This document shows, in pieces, positions 13,601-27,215 of a DNA stretch of 64,000 nucleotides. A program made the translations under genes and the position numbers. The stretch lies in contig JANJGN010000005.1 in assembly GCA_026770705.1 (NCBI GenBank), forward strand, positions 87,916,001 through 87,980,000, written 5' to 3'. Each line of letters starts with the position of its first letter. Position 1 is the stretch's first letter. Origin of the DNA: Isurus oxyrinchus (Eukaryota). Under the pieces are notes generated by a model. It worked only from the letters and a program-made list of their open reading frames with translations. It searched no databases and was not told the origin of the DNA.

Positions 13601-13849
13601 AGTGCAGCAAGGAAAATGGAGAAGGGAGTTAGTGCAATGACACAGACTTGTTTGGCCTCAGTTTTCACTGAGATAGGAGGGCCTAGTTATTTGGGTGTTT
13701 GGTGAAAGGTGCATTTTCTAATATGCTTTGGAGATAGGGTCACCAATGACTTGCAGCTCAGTTTCTGAGTGACTTTGCATGAGTGTCATCATCATACTGA
13801 AGCTCTATAACTGTGCTCACTGGTCCATTGCAAAACACCTTGATTATGA

Positions 13850-14215
13850 ACAATGGCGAGATTCTGGAAATGTGCATCATTTTCTGTACCTTGAAAACCT
13901 CTTGACAAAGGCAGACATGAACGACAAAATTTATCAATGCCAGCAGGCTGCCAACTCAACCTTTGACCAACTAAGGAATAGATTATTTGAGGACCAGGAT
14001 CTCAGACCTGAGACTAAGTTTATGGTTGATCAGGCAACAGTGATATACTATATACTTCCTATATACTTCAGAAACTTGGCTAACCTACAGCAGACACCTC
14101 AAAGCACTGGCAAAGTATCCCTAGCAGTTCCTTCGCAAGATTCTCCAAATCTAGTGGCAAGAAAGGTGTTCCAACCAGCAGCATCTTTTGCCAAGCCAAC
14201 TTAGCAAGCATCAAG
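13850..14215 (+). mobile_element. RTE-clade LINE RT C-terminal fragment
   Basis: HFLYLENLLTKADMNDKIYQCQQAANSTFDQLRNRLFEDQDLRPETKFMVDQATVI resembles the RTE F.YLGS...I..RI..A...F..L..R...TK..VY.A.V motif. Confidence 0.75.
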
Positions 14216-15700
14216 GTGAAATTCTTTCAAAACCTCCCCCCTGCCTGCCAACAAACACTCAACTCTACTCCCTCAGATGCAGATTTGAAAGGATATGGCA
14301 TTCAACAGGTTTAGCCAACTACCAACAGACCTGACTGCACCATTTAAAACAACATGGGGTCCTACTGTTGTCTGCCAAAATTGCTCATTATTCAAAGATC
14401 ATCCTGGAATGCAAAGATTCCCGACTTCTTTTCTCTACTGAAAACTGGCTTCTGAAACCTCTTTCCCCTGACCCTACAACCCTCACCTCCAGCAATAAGT
14501 GCCAGGAGCTCATGGACTTCTTTGTTAATAAGATTGAGACAGCCCAATCAGCTGCCTCTGCTGCATCGCTCCCTTCCGCTAGGCCACTTGGCCAAACTTC
14601 CTTTCACGCTCCTCCCTGCCCTAGCCCTGAACTCGCATCTTTCTGTAGTTTCTCTCCTATCTTCCGGCATGCCCTCTTTGAGCTCATCTTGTCCATGGGA
14701 CCCACTTCTGGTTCCCTAAATCATATCCCCACTAAACTGCTGATCACCCAATTTCCTCTCCTGTCTCCCATGTTAGCGATAATGTAAACAGTTGTCTCTC
14801 TCTCCATGTGTTGTCCTTTTTTACATATGCCATCATCACTGCTCTCCTCAAAAAAACAACCCTTGCTCTCTCCGTCCTTGCCAACTACCATTCCACCTCC
14901 AACCTCTCTGTCCACCCTGAAGCCCCTGGATGTGTTATTGCCTCCCAAATCTGTTTCCATCTTTTCTAGAACTTCATATTTGAATCCCTCCAATCAGGTT
15001 TTTGCCCCTGCTACAGTACCGAAACAGCTTTTTTATCAAAGTCACAAATAATATCCAATGTGACTGAGACAAATGTGACTTTTCTTCCTCGTCCTTCTTA
15101 ACCTGTCTGCAGCCTTTGACACACTATCTTACTCTAATGCCTCTCCACTGTTATCAACATGTTGGGACCGCTATCACCTGGTTTCATCCTTATCTATCTA
15201 ATTGTAGCCAGAGAATCAGTTGCAATAAATTCTCTTCCTGTTCCCGCATTATTATCTCTGGTGGCCGCCACGGGTCTATCCTTGACCGTCCTCCTATTTC
15301 TCATCTACATGCAGCCTCTTGGCAACATCATCTGAAGGCATGTGTGCAGATGACACCGAACTCTACCTCACCACCACCTCTCTCGACTTCTCCACTGTTG
15401 CTAAATTATCTGACTGCTTATCCGACATCCAGTACTGGATAAGCAGAAATTTCCCCCAATTAAATATTGGGAAGACAGAAACCACTGCTTTTGGTCCTCC
15501 ATCCAAACTCTCTTCCCTCGCTACTGACTGCATCCCTCTCCCTGCCAACAGTCTTGAGATTAAGCCAATCTGTTCACAATCTCGCTGTTACATCTGACGT
15601 GGCTCGATGTCTTTCTTAGGTATATAATGCTTTTGTGAAGCACCTTGAGCCGTTTCATCACGTTAAAGACGCTATATAAATAGCAGTAGCTGTTGTTGTA
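14216..15700 (+). mobile_element. L2 LINE fragment (RT) with internal deletion and 3' tail
   Basis: CKDSRLLFST, ADDTELYL (YADD), LSDCLSDIQYWISRNFPQLNIGKTE; jumps near 15595 to the tail ...aaagacgctatataaatagcagtagctgttgttgt. Confidence 0.88.
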
Positions 15701-16019
15701 ACTGAATGTACTGTAAGAAACTGCTCTTAACCACCTTTTCCATTCAGTTGTAGTACAAAGGATGCTGCTGCAAATTCCCATCATAAACTTCAAATCTTCA
15801 CACTCTCCCCCTCCAGCCCCACTTCCATCGACAGAGGAAAGAGTCAATGGTTTAGAAGAGTCAAGGGATTTGCGAGCTGTGATTCACAAGACATTAAAAA
15901 GCAGTGCCTCAAGGAAATAAGATCATTCAAAATAAAACTCATGGGTTTATATGAAGTGGCATAGAATCTAAAAGTCGAGATGTGATAGTGAATCTAATTT
16001 AAAGCCTGCATATAGCAAT

Positions 16020-16115
16020 AGGTGTCAACTGTGGTTCGCTAGTATCACTCTTGCCTCTGAGCCAGAAGGTTGTGGGTTTAAGTCCCACTCATGAGGATGA
16101 AGTCTGACACTTGTT
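16020..16115 (+). mobile_element. tRNA-derived SINE head (Deu-SINE family)
   Basis: gtggttcgctagtatcactcttgcctctgagccagaaggttgtgggtttaagtcccactc: A-box/B-box-like head. Related copies at ~10805-10985 and 31705-32015. Confidence 0.6.
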
Positions 16116-16859
16116 ACAGACAGGAGAGGTTCCAATTTAAAACAATTCTGATTTTTTCATTCACTACCTGTCCGTGAACAGAAAGGTGTTTTGATTTTTG
16201 ATTTCCCACTTTATAAGTGGTGGTGTATTTTTCCCAACCTTTCAGTTTTTGGAGTAATCCAACCCTCTTAATAACCCCACAGCAAACTCGAGATAGGTTA
16301 AAATTAGTTAATTCTACACACAATCAAAAATACGCAGGAAGGGGGGTTCACATCTAGCCCTCAGTACATTCACGCAATAAAAGAAGGATAAAGGAAAGGA
16401 AGCGATACAGGGCAAAGACTACAGAAAAAATAAAGAATTATTGTTTCACGTGAGCCCAGAATCAAAAGCCCACTGGTGTATTTCTTCAGAGAGATTAGAT
16501 GGCTGAAACTGACGCGGGGGTGATCCACTTTTCCAGTAGCGCTGACTTTGACGATGGGAGTAGCATGTAAAGATGAATCAGCCTTACAGTAGGAACTAGC
16601 ACCGAAGTTCAGGCATTCCAGTAGAAAACAGTGTAGATGGGGGCCAGGCAATTTAAAACCTGGACAGTGCTCTGATTCTACTGCTACCTTGTGAATGGAA
16701 GATGCCTGGATTCATCTCCACAAGGCAATATGACAGGTTCTAGCAGTTTGCGGTAGTCATGGACATCACTCCAACTTCTACCCCTTGATTTGGACAAAGG
16801 ATGTATATTCCTAGTCTGGATTCTTGAGATGGCTAATGTTGCATCCATTAATAAGAGCA

Positions 16860-19800
16860 AAAGAAATAGGAACAGGAGTAAACCATTTGGCCTTTCAAGC
16901 CTGGTCTGCCATTCAATAAGATCATGGCTGACCTTGTGTTTCGATTTCCACATTCCTATCTAACCCCAATAACCTTTGATTCCCTTGCATACCAAGAATC
17001 TATCTACCTCTGCCTTAAAAATGTTCAATGACCCCGCCTCCACCATCCTCTGAGGCAGAGCTCCAAAGTCTCACACTGAGTGAAAAAAATTCTCCTCATC
17101 TCTGTCCTAAAAGGGCAACCCCTAATTTTAAAACAGTGCCCCCTAGATCTAGACTCACCCACAAGAGGAAACATCCTTTCGACGTCCACCTTGTCAAGAC
17201 CATACAGGATCTTGTATACTGCAATCAAATCACCCCTCACTCTTCTAAACTCCAGTGGGAACAAGCCCAGTCTGTACCTCCTTCCATCATAATACAACCC
17301 ACTCATTCCAGGTGTCAATCCAGTAAACCTCCTTTGAACCACCTCCAATACATTTACAACCTTACTTAAATAAGGAAGCCAAAACTGCACACAGTATTCG
17401 AGGTGCGGTTGCACCAATGTCCTGTATAACTGAAGCATAACATTGTTACTTTTATGTCCAAACCCTCTCATAATAAAGGGTAGCATTCCGTTAGCCTTCT
17501 TAATTACTTGCTGTACCTGCATACTAACTTTTTGTGACTCGTACTAGAACATGTAGATCCCTCTGCACCTCAGAATTATGCAGCCGTTCTCCATTTAAGT
17601 AATCCTCTGCTTTTTTGTTCTTCCTGCCAGACTGAACAACGTCACGTTTTCGTACATTAAACTCCATTTGCTAGATCTTTGCCCATCACTCAGCCTATCT
17701 ATATCCATCTGCAACCTCCTCATGTCCTCTTCACAACATATATTTCTACCTATCTTTGTGTGATTTGCAAATTTAGCTACCATGTCTTCACTCCCCTCAT
17801 CTAAGTCATTGATGTAAATTGTAAAAAGTTGAGGCCCCCATTACAGACCCCTGTGGGTCCACATTCATCACATCCTGCCAATCAGAAAAAGACACATTTA
17901 TGCATACTCTGCATTCTGTCAGCCAGCCAATCTTCTATCCATGCTAATATGTTACCCCCTACATCATGTGCTTTTATTTTCCATAATGATCTTTGATGTG
18001 GCACCTTATCAAATGCCTTCTGGAAATCCAAGTACAGTATGTCTACAGGCTCCCCTTTATCCACTGCACATGTTACTCATTCAAAAAAACTCCAATACAT
18101 TGGTTAAACATGATTTTCTTCTCACAAACCCATGCTGACTCTTTGCAATTGCCTTGAGCTCTTCTAAGTGCCCAGCTATAACCTTCTTAATGATCGATTA
18201 TAATAACTACCCCATAACAGACGTCAGGTTAACTGGCCTATAGTTTCCTGTTTTCTGCCTCCCTCCCTTCTTGAATAGAGGGGTTATATTTGCTACTTTC
18301 CAGTCTGATGGAACCTTATCAGAATCTAGTGAATTTTGGAAAATTAACACCAATGCATTGACTATCTCATTAGCCACCCCTTTTAAGACCCTAGGACGTA
18401 GTCCATTGGGACCCGGAGACTTGCTAGCCTGCAGCTCCATTAATTTGCTCAGTACTGTTTCCCTAGTGATTTCACCAAGTTCCTTTCTCCCGTTCACCAC
18501 CTGATTTGCAGCTATTACTGGAATGTTTTTTGTATCCTCTGTAGTGAACACAGAAGCAAAATATTTGTTAATCTCTTCTATCATTTTCTCATTATCTCTT
18601 ATTAACTCCCCAATGACACTCTCTAGAGGACCAACACTCACTTTACTTACTCTTTTCCTTTTTTAAATACCTGAAGGAACTCTTGCTTTCCGTTTTTACA
18701 TTTCTAGCTAGCTTCCTCTCTCACTCTAATTTTGTCCTCCTGATTAACCGTTTAGTCATTCTCTGCCATTCTTTATATTCTGACCAATCATCTGACCTGC
18801 CACTGACCTTTGCGGAGTTGTATACTTTTTCATTAAGTTTGATGCTTTCCTTAACTTCTTTAGTAAACGACGGATGTTGGGTCCTCCCCTTAGAATTTTT
18901 CTTCATAGTAGGAATGTACTTTGAATACTCTGAAATAGCCCCTTAAATGTCTACCATTGCTTCTCTATTGATCTATCCTCTAGCCTAGTTTCCCAGTTCA
19001 CTTTAGCTAGCTCAGCTTTCATCCTCACATAGTTGCCCTTATTTAAGTTTAAGATAATAGTCTTAGACCCACTCTTCTTCCTTTCAAACTGGATGTAAAA
19101 TTCAATCATATTGTGGTCACTGCTACCTAGGGGTGCCTTTACTCATTAATTAATCCTGTCATGTTACACAATACTATGTCTAATATAACCTGCTCTCTGG
19201 TTGGTTCCAGAACATGCTGCTCTAAGAAACTATCTCCAAAGCATTCTAAGAATTCCTCATCTAAGCCATTACTGCCAATCTGATTTTTCCAGTTTGTGTA
19301 TATTAAAACCACCCATAATTATTGCTGTCCCTTTATCACAAGTACACAATATTTTCTCTTGAGCACTTTGTTCTACACTATGGCTACTGTTAGGGGGGTC
19401 TGTAGACTACTCCCATTAATGACTTTTTTCTCCTACTATTCCTCATACCCAGCCAAACGGACTCTACATCTTATCTCCTGAAGCAAGCTTATCTCTAACT
19501 ATTGCACAAATGCCCTCTTTGATTAACAATGCTACCCCTCCACCTTTAAGGACCCAATTTTTGTTGTCCTGCAACCATGTCTCAGTAATTGCTATCAGAT
19601 CATATTTATTTACTTCACTGTAGGCCATCAATTAATTTACTTGTTTTGAATGCTACGTGCACTCAGATAGAGAGTCTTCAGTTTTGTCTTTTTGTTAATT
19701 TTGTAACATCTAGTCCTGACTGCTGGTGTATCCTTAGGCTTTTTCTCTCTGTCCCTTCCTGCCATTCTCTGACCCTCATTTCTCATATTAGTGTTTTGCT

Positions 19801-20830
19801 CTTCTGCCTTGACCCAACACCTTGAATTTCTACCCCTACCCAACCTTGATCCCTCACTTCTCTTGTTTAATTTAAAGCCCCCTCCACTTCCCTAGTTATG
19901 CGATTTGTGAGGACACTTGCCCCAGCACGGTTCAGATGTAAACAGTCTCAATGGTCTAGCCCCCACTTTCCCCAGTATTGATGCCAGTGCCCCACAAACT
20001 GGAACCCACTTCTCCCACACCAGTCTATGAGCCACGCATTCGTCTCTCTAATTTAATTTATCTATGCCAATTTGCACGTGGCTCAGGTAATAATCCAGAA
20101 ATTATTACCTTTGAGGTTCTGCTTCTTAATTTGGTACTTTGCTCCCGTTACTTACTTTGCAGAATCTCTTTCCTAGTTCCACCTATATCATTGGTAACTA
20201 CATGGACCACGACAACTGGATCCCAACCCCCCAGCTGCAAGCTCCTCTCCAGCTGTGAGCAGATGTCCTGAACCCTGATGCCAGGCAGGCATCATATCCA
20301 TCTGGACTCTTGCTCTTTGCTGCAGAGAACAGTGTCAATCCCCCTCACTAACTAGCCCCTACTACTACTACTACATTCCTTTTTGCTCCCCCCTGCTTGA
20401 ATTGCTTCCTCTGCCACAGTGCCATGGTCAGCCAGCTCACCTACCTTGCAGACTTCGCTTTCATCCACACAGGTTGTGAGCACCTCAAACTTGTTTGACA
20501 ATTGCAAAGTCTGAGGCTCTTCCACTATTGTCTGCTCCGTCTCTTTGTCTGCCTCACTGACAGTCACATCCTCCTGTCCGTCACTGCTGACCAAAACAGA
20601 TGACCCTCTTCTAAGGGGTGTGACCGTCTTCTGGAACAAAGTATCCAGGTATTTCTCCCCCTCCCTTGTGTTGCGCAGTGTCTGCATTTCGACTTCCAGA
20701 TCAATAATCCTGATCCAGAATTCCTCAAGCTGCTTACACATCCTATAGATGTGTTTGGCATGGATCACCTTGGCATCCAAAAGCTCCCACATCTCACAGC
20801 TGCAACATAACGCCTGTCCTGCCATTCTAA
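16860..20830 (-). mobile_element. near full-length CR1 LINE (ORF1 Zn-finger + esterase; ORF2 endonuclease/RT), inactivated
   Basis: ORF1 MAGQALCCSCEMWELL...; ORF2 pieces LKTLYLSARSIQNK, KSPGPNG, WKVANITPLFKKG...NYRPV, LYLDFQKAFDKVPH, LYRTLVQPHLEYCVQFW; frameshifts and stops; 3' UTR near 16860. Confidence 0.93.
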
Positions 20831-21038
20831 CTTAGGTTATTTAGTTAATTTACTTCAATTACTTTCTCCCAATGTATGCTACAATTTACTGTGTTTATTG
20901 AATGCTAGTACCACTGACAACTAAAGGTTATATACTTCTTAACTAAGGTATGTGTCATATTACCTGATAATTTTCACATTGCTGTTTGTCACAGCTTGCT
21001 GTGTGCAAATTGGCTGCCAGATTTCCTACAGTGACTAC

Positions 21039-24000
21039 AGTTATGACCCCAGCTGCTGTTAATGCTGCAAAAGTCAGTTCCCAGAGTGAAACCTAGCTTG
21101 GTAGACTCTAACTCTACTCCCAGAAAATTCTTAACGACAAAGCCATTTTTGAGTTCCAACCAGTGTAATATGCTTCACAGCCTATCCTGTTCCTATGCCC
21201 TGTATTTCCAAGGACTTATTTCTTTAAGGATTCACAGATCCCTCTTAAATTCAAGGATTTTTGATCCTGGAAGAGTCCCCACTTTATGATCCCAGGTGTT
21301 GTTAATACAAGTCAGATCCCAGAGTGAAACCTGGTTTGATAGGTCTTAACTTGTTTTTTTCAGAAACTGTGGAGGAAAGTTACTGAACAAATTTACAGGA
21401 GTCTGCTGATGAATTTTTAATACAAAGAATAAAATATTTATTAAAACAAGAAAAGTGAACTATATTACACCAGACAAAAAGGTTGGAAAGATCTCAATAC
21501 AAACACAAGAAGACAATTTAAATTCCCGTTATTCCTTTACCCCAGCAATATCTTTACAGACACACAAACCAGTGAAGAGTTACCACTGGCTTGACATAAA
21601 GGCTTCTCACTTCGACTTCTTACATGGGGGAAAAGAAAAAACATAAGAGAAGACAAATGTAGGTCCCGTCCAGTCCGAAACGGGAGAATTTATAATACAG
21701 AATAAGGAAATGGCAGAGCAATTGAACAACTACTTTAGTCCTGTCTTCACGGAGGAAGACACAAATAACTTCCCAGAAATGCTCAGGAACCAAGAGTCTA
21801 GTGAGAAGGAGGAATTGAAGGAAATTAGTATTATTAAAAAAATTAATGGAACTGAAAGCCGATAAATCCCCAGGGCCTGATAATCTACATCCCAGGGTAC
21901 TAAAGGAAGTGGCTGTGGAAATAGTGGATGCATTGGTTGCCATCTTCCAAAATTCTGTATATTCTGGAACAGTCCCGGCAGATTGGAGGGTGGAAAATGT
22001 AACCCCACTATTTCAAAAAGGAGAGAGGGAAAAAACAGGGAATTACAGACCAGTTAGTCTAACTTCAGTAGTAGGGAAAATGCTAGAGTCTATTGTAAAG
22101 GACGTGATAACAGGATACTTAGAAAATATCAACAGGATTAGACAAAGCCAATATGGATTTATGAAAGCGAAATCATCTTTGACATACCTACTGAAGTTTT
22201 TTGAGGACATAACTAGCAGAATAGATAAAAGAGAACCAGTAGATGTGGCGTATTTGGATTTTCAGAAAGCTTTTGATAAAGTGTGTAAAATTAAAGGACA
22301 TGGAGATTGGGAGTAATATATTGGCATGGATTGAGAATTGGTTAGCAGACAGGAAACAGAGAGTAGGAATAAATGGGTACAGAGTGGCAGCCAGTAACTA
22401 GTGGGGTACCGCAGGGATCAGTGCTCCGACCCCAGCAATTCACAATATATATCAATGATTTGGATGAGGGAACCAAATGTAATATTTTCAAGTATGCTAA
22501 TGAAATGAAACTTGATGGGAATGTGAGTGGTGAGGAGGGCGTTAAGATGCTTCAAGGCAATTTAGACAGGTTGAGTGAGTGGGCAAATACATGACAGATG
22601 CAGTATAATGTGGATAAGTATGATGTTATCCTCTTAGGTAGGAAAAACTGAATGGCACAGTATCATTTAAATGGCGATAGATTGGAAAATGTTGATGTAG
22701 AAAGGAACCTGGGTGTCCTTGTACACCAGTCACTGAAAGCAAGCATGCAGGTGCAGCAAGCAGTTAAGAAGGCAAATGGGTGTTGGCTATCATTGTGACA
22801 AGATTTGAATACAGGAGCAAGGATGCCTTACTGCAGCTGCACAGGGCCTTGGTGAGACCATACCAGGAGTACTGTGTGCAGTTTTGGTGGTCTTACCCAA
22901 GAAAGGATATACTTGGCTTAGATGGAGCGCAGCAAAGATTCACCAGACTGATTCCTGGGAAGGCAGGATTGTCATATGAGGAGAGATTGGGCCAACTAGG
23001 CCTGTATTCACTGGAGTTTAAAAGGATGAGAGTGGATCTCTTTGAAGCGTATAAAATTCTGACGAATGGACTGACTGGATGAGGTTTCCTCTGGCGGGGG
23101 GCGGGGGGTGGGGCGGGGGGTGGGGCGGGGGGTGGGGGTGGGGTGGGGGTTCTAAAACAGGGGGTCACAGTCTCAGCATATGGTGTAGGCCATTTAGGAC
23201 TGAGATGAGGAAACTTCTTCACTCAGAGGGTGGTGAACCTGTAGAATTCTTTACCACAGAAGGCTGTGGAGGCCAAGTCACTGAATATATTTAAGAAGGA
23301 AATAGATAGATTCCTGAACCCTGAAGGCATAATGGGTATGGGGAGAGAGCAGGAGTATGGTGTTGAGAAAGTGGGTCAGCCATGACCATATTGAATGGTG
23401 GAGCAGGCTTGAAGGGCCAAATGACCTACTCCTTCTCCTATTTTCTATGTTTCTATGGGACTGGCACAGCTACAAACGGTTTATTTCTGGTGAATCCCTG
23501 AGCATTTGCTTGATGCTTTTCACCCAACTCATATCTCTCTCTAAGACACACAAAAATTGCATTCTAAAGTCACTGTTTCTTTAACTGCGGAGCAAACAAA
23601 TGAGTTCAGTCTTCCAGTAACACCTCCGCTAAACTGATCACTTTAATGAATCCCATAACTGATTATTCAGTTAACTAATGATCCAATAGCTTTGCAGTTT
23701 CTTTTCTCAGAGAGCTTCAAATTCTCTCTCTGACAAATACTGAACATCCCCTCTCTCAACTCGTCTTTCTTCTGTGTCTTTGTCACTGGATCATTGTCAC
23801 TGGGCAACAATAAAGCTTTTCTACTTTGTCTTTTGACTCCAGAATCACTGAACTTTCAACCACTTTTAACCCATCTCTTTAACTTCATGGGTTGTAAGAC
23901 CTCTTTAAAAATGTATAAATACATAGACCTGAAACCTTTTAGTGACAAGACTATTCAGACCCCCAGGCACCAAGGTTCATAAGCAAAACCTAACTGAAAC

Positions 24001-24061
24001 CATTTTTATCTTTCTTAGCGCACAAATAAATTCAACTTAAAATTATATATTGTTCATAACA
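21039..24061. mobile_element. solo-LTR-like element with TSD CTAC, split by a CR1 and inserted in a Deu-SINE tail
   Basis: ctac|aGTTATGA...TCATAACA|ctac; the flanks rejoin as the SINE tail acagtgactac-atttcacagtacctcattggctgtaaa. Confidence 0.7.
21640..23456 (+). mobile_element. 5'-truncated CR1 LINE (RT) with (TTCTATG)n tail
   Basis: KSPGPDNLHPRVLKE, NYRPVSLTS, YLDFQKAFDKV, SGVPQGSVL, IYINDLDEG; ends ttttctatgtttctatg. Confidence 0.95.
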
Positions 24062-24244
24062 CTACATTTCACAGTACCTCATTGGCTGTAAAACATATTA
24101 AGTCATCCTGACATTGTTTATGATGCTAAATATTTCAAGCCTTTTCTTTTTGAAGCCAGTCAAGCAGAATGCAGTTAAGTGGAACACCCACTTTATAGGA
24201 ATGCTCCAATTACAATTAATTTCCTAAGCTGTTCAGAGAATAAA

Positions 24245-25690
24245 AAAAACATAAGAAACAGGAGCAGAAGTAAGTCATTCGGCCGTTTGTGCCTGCTCTG
24301 TCATTCAATATGATCATGCCTGATCTGATTGTGCCCTGAACCCATTTTCCTGCCTGTCCTTCACCATAACCCATGACTCCACTTGTAGATCAAAAATCTT
24401 TCGAACTCCAGCTTGAATATATTCAATGACTCAGCCTCCACTACTCTCTGAGTAGCGATTTTCAAAGATTAACAATCCTCTGGGAGAAGAAATTCCTCCT
24501 CATCTGTGTTTTAAATAGGAGCCCCTTTGTTTTGAAACTGTCTCCCCTCATGGGGCATCCTCTCAGCATCTATCTTGTCAAACCCCCTCAGAATCTTACA
24601 GTATTTGTTTTTAATAAGATCAACTCTCATTCTTCTAAACTCCAATGTGTATAGACCCAACCTACTCGACCTCTCCTCATAAGATAACCCCTTCCTCCCA
24701 TGAACCAGATGAGCGGATCTTCTTTGAATTGTTTCCAATGCAAGCATATCCCTCCTTTTGTAAGAAGACCAAAACTGTACACAGTACTCTCGATGTAGTC
24801 TCACCAATACCCTGTACATTTGTAGCAAGACTTCCCTACTTTTATACTCCAACCCTCTTGCAATAAAGGTCAACATTCAATTTGCCTTCCTAATTACTTG
24901 CTGTACCTGCATGTCTACATTTTGTTTTTCATGTACGAATACACCTAGATCCCTGTAGCATTCTGCAGTCCCCATTTAAATAATATTCTACTTTTTTGTT
25001 CTTCCTGCCAAAGTGGACAATCTCACATTTTCCCACATTGTACACTATGTGCCAATTTTTTGTCCACTCATTTAACCTATCTACATCCCTTTCTAGACTC
25101 TTTTTGTGTGCTCCTCACAACCTGCTTTCCTACCTATGTTTGTATCATCAGTAAATTTGGCTATGATACACTAGGTCCTCATATCCATGTCGCTCATATA
25201 TTGAAGTCCCAGCACTCATTCCTGTGGCACCCCACTATTTGCAGTTTACCAGCCTGAAAATCACTCATTTATCCCGACTCTCTATTTCCCATTAGCTAGC
25301 CAGCCCTCCGTCCATGCTCATATATTACCCCCAACACCATTGCATCTTTTATGAGGCATTATCAAATGCCCTTTGGAAATCCAATGGACTGCAACTACTG
25401 GTTCTCCTTTATCCATCCTGCTTGTTGCATCTTCAAAGAAGTCTAATAAATTTGTCAAATTTAATTTCCCTTTCATACAACTAAGCAGGATCAATATGGT
25501 TGTACTATTGCTATTTTAAATGTCCTGCAATTACTTCCTTAATAATGGATTCCAGCATTTTCCCACTGACAGATGTTAGACTAGCTGGCCTATAATTTCT
25601 TGCTTTCTGTATCCCTCCTTTCTTGATTAGATGTGTTATGTTTGTGGTTTTCTAGTCCGCTGGGACCGTTCCAGAATCTAGGGAAGTTAG
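24245..25690 (-). mobile_element. CR1 LINE fragment
   Basis: Minus ORF RGLEYKSREVLLQMYRVLVRLHREYCVQFWS...; 3' UTR aacataagaaacaggagcag. Confidence 0.9.
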
Positions 25691-26924
25691 GTTCCTGAAA
25701 TGTTAGCTCGGCCTGACCTGTTGAGTATTTACAGTGTTCGCTGTTTTTATTTTTCTTGGTTATTTGTGAGTTGATTTTTTTTTAAAAAAAGCTGAGTTGC
25801 ACAACTGACAGAATCCTAGTAGATTGGGAAGATTGCAAATAGAGCTTTTAATTGTGACTGGTGAAGTCATCAGTTAATTTGAACACCAAAGTTATCTTTG
25901 GTGAATCGATATTAAGCAACATCAACAGTAGTTACAATATCTAATGTTGACACCTCCTTTCTCTTCTAGATAGGATGTATTGTCTCTCACAATTTTTAAG
26001 CATCAGATAACACAGCTTAAAAGAAATGTCAACTAGATATTTCCTTTAAAATATTTTGTGTATGTGAAATATGTACTCTTGTCTGTGATCATTCTATACC
26101 AGCAATTACAACACAATGCATAGCATATTAAAGCTATCTTCTTATGGTTTATGTGGACCTACAAGTTATGAGAGCAATGCAGAGTGGTATGTGGTTATCA
26201 GAAAATGAGACACGCCCTGCAGTTAGACAGAAACGTTGACCCTAGAGAAGTTACAGATGGACATTTTGTTTGCAAAAAAACTGATTATATCTTAGTGGTG
26301 TGAAAAGCCACAGTACCTTGCTAAAGATATATTAAAAACAGCCTGTTACAAGTGAGACTTCATTTGACTATAACTTCCTGCCATGTTATTTCTCTTTTGC
26401 AAACTTGATTTTTAACAGCAATTTAAGAACTTAAATGAGGATTTTAAAAAAACATTTGAAAGGACATACGTGGAGCAGTTTATTTATAAGGAAAAGCTTT
26501 TATGGAAGTAAAGATAATTGAAGATGCAAAGAAAGCTGATGGGGTGAATTGTAGTGGACATTTTGCGAATAAGTCTTAGATTTATTAACTGAAGTCTGTA
26601 TATTAAAGAGCAAGTGGGGTGAAGAGCTGTAGAACGTGAAAATCAAACAGTTTGTTTTCAAAGACTATTATTTCTAGTGCATTGGCTGAGATAGGCTGTG
26701 TCTTAGCTCATGAAGAAGATAATTGAGCACTAAACATAGAGTACTAAACATTCCATGGGACCCTGGATCCATTTAAAATAAGAGCTGAGAGGCGACAATG
26801 GGCCTGTTAGAACATTTAATATAGCTCATCTTATTCTACACTTTTATTTAAAAGTCCATACACATCCTTCAAGTTTATAGACCTGTCCTCATAACTATAT
26901 GAGGGAAAATTGCTTTTCTAAATT

Positions 26925-27215
26925 CTTTCACGGGATATGGGCGTCATTGGTTAAGACAGCATTTATTGTCCATCGCTAATTGCCCTTGGGAAGTTGGTGG
27001 TGAGCTGCCTTCTTGAACCGCTGCAGTCCATGTGGTGTGGATATACCCACAGTGCTGTTAGGAAGAGAGTTTCAGGATTTTGACTCCGGGACAGTGAAGG
27101 AACAGCGATATAGCTCCAAGTCAGGATGGTGTGTGGCTTGGAGGGGAGGTGTTGTGTTGTGGTGGTGGTGGTGTTCTCATGCGTATACCCTTGTCCTTCT
27201 AGGTGGTAGATGTTT
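26925..27215 (-). mobile_element. non-LTR retrotransposon 3' end (same family as 3585)
   Basis: PSKPHTILTWSYIAVPS on the minus strand; shared terminus. Confidence 0.75.

Noticed and set aside
16020-16095. tRNA gene
   Set aside because: No full cloverleaf; it is the tRNA-derived head of a multi-copy SINE.
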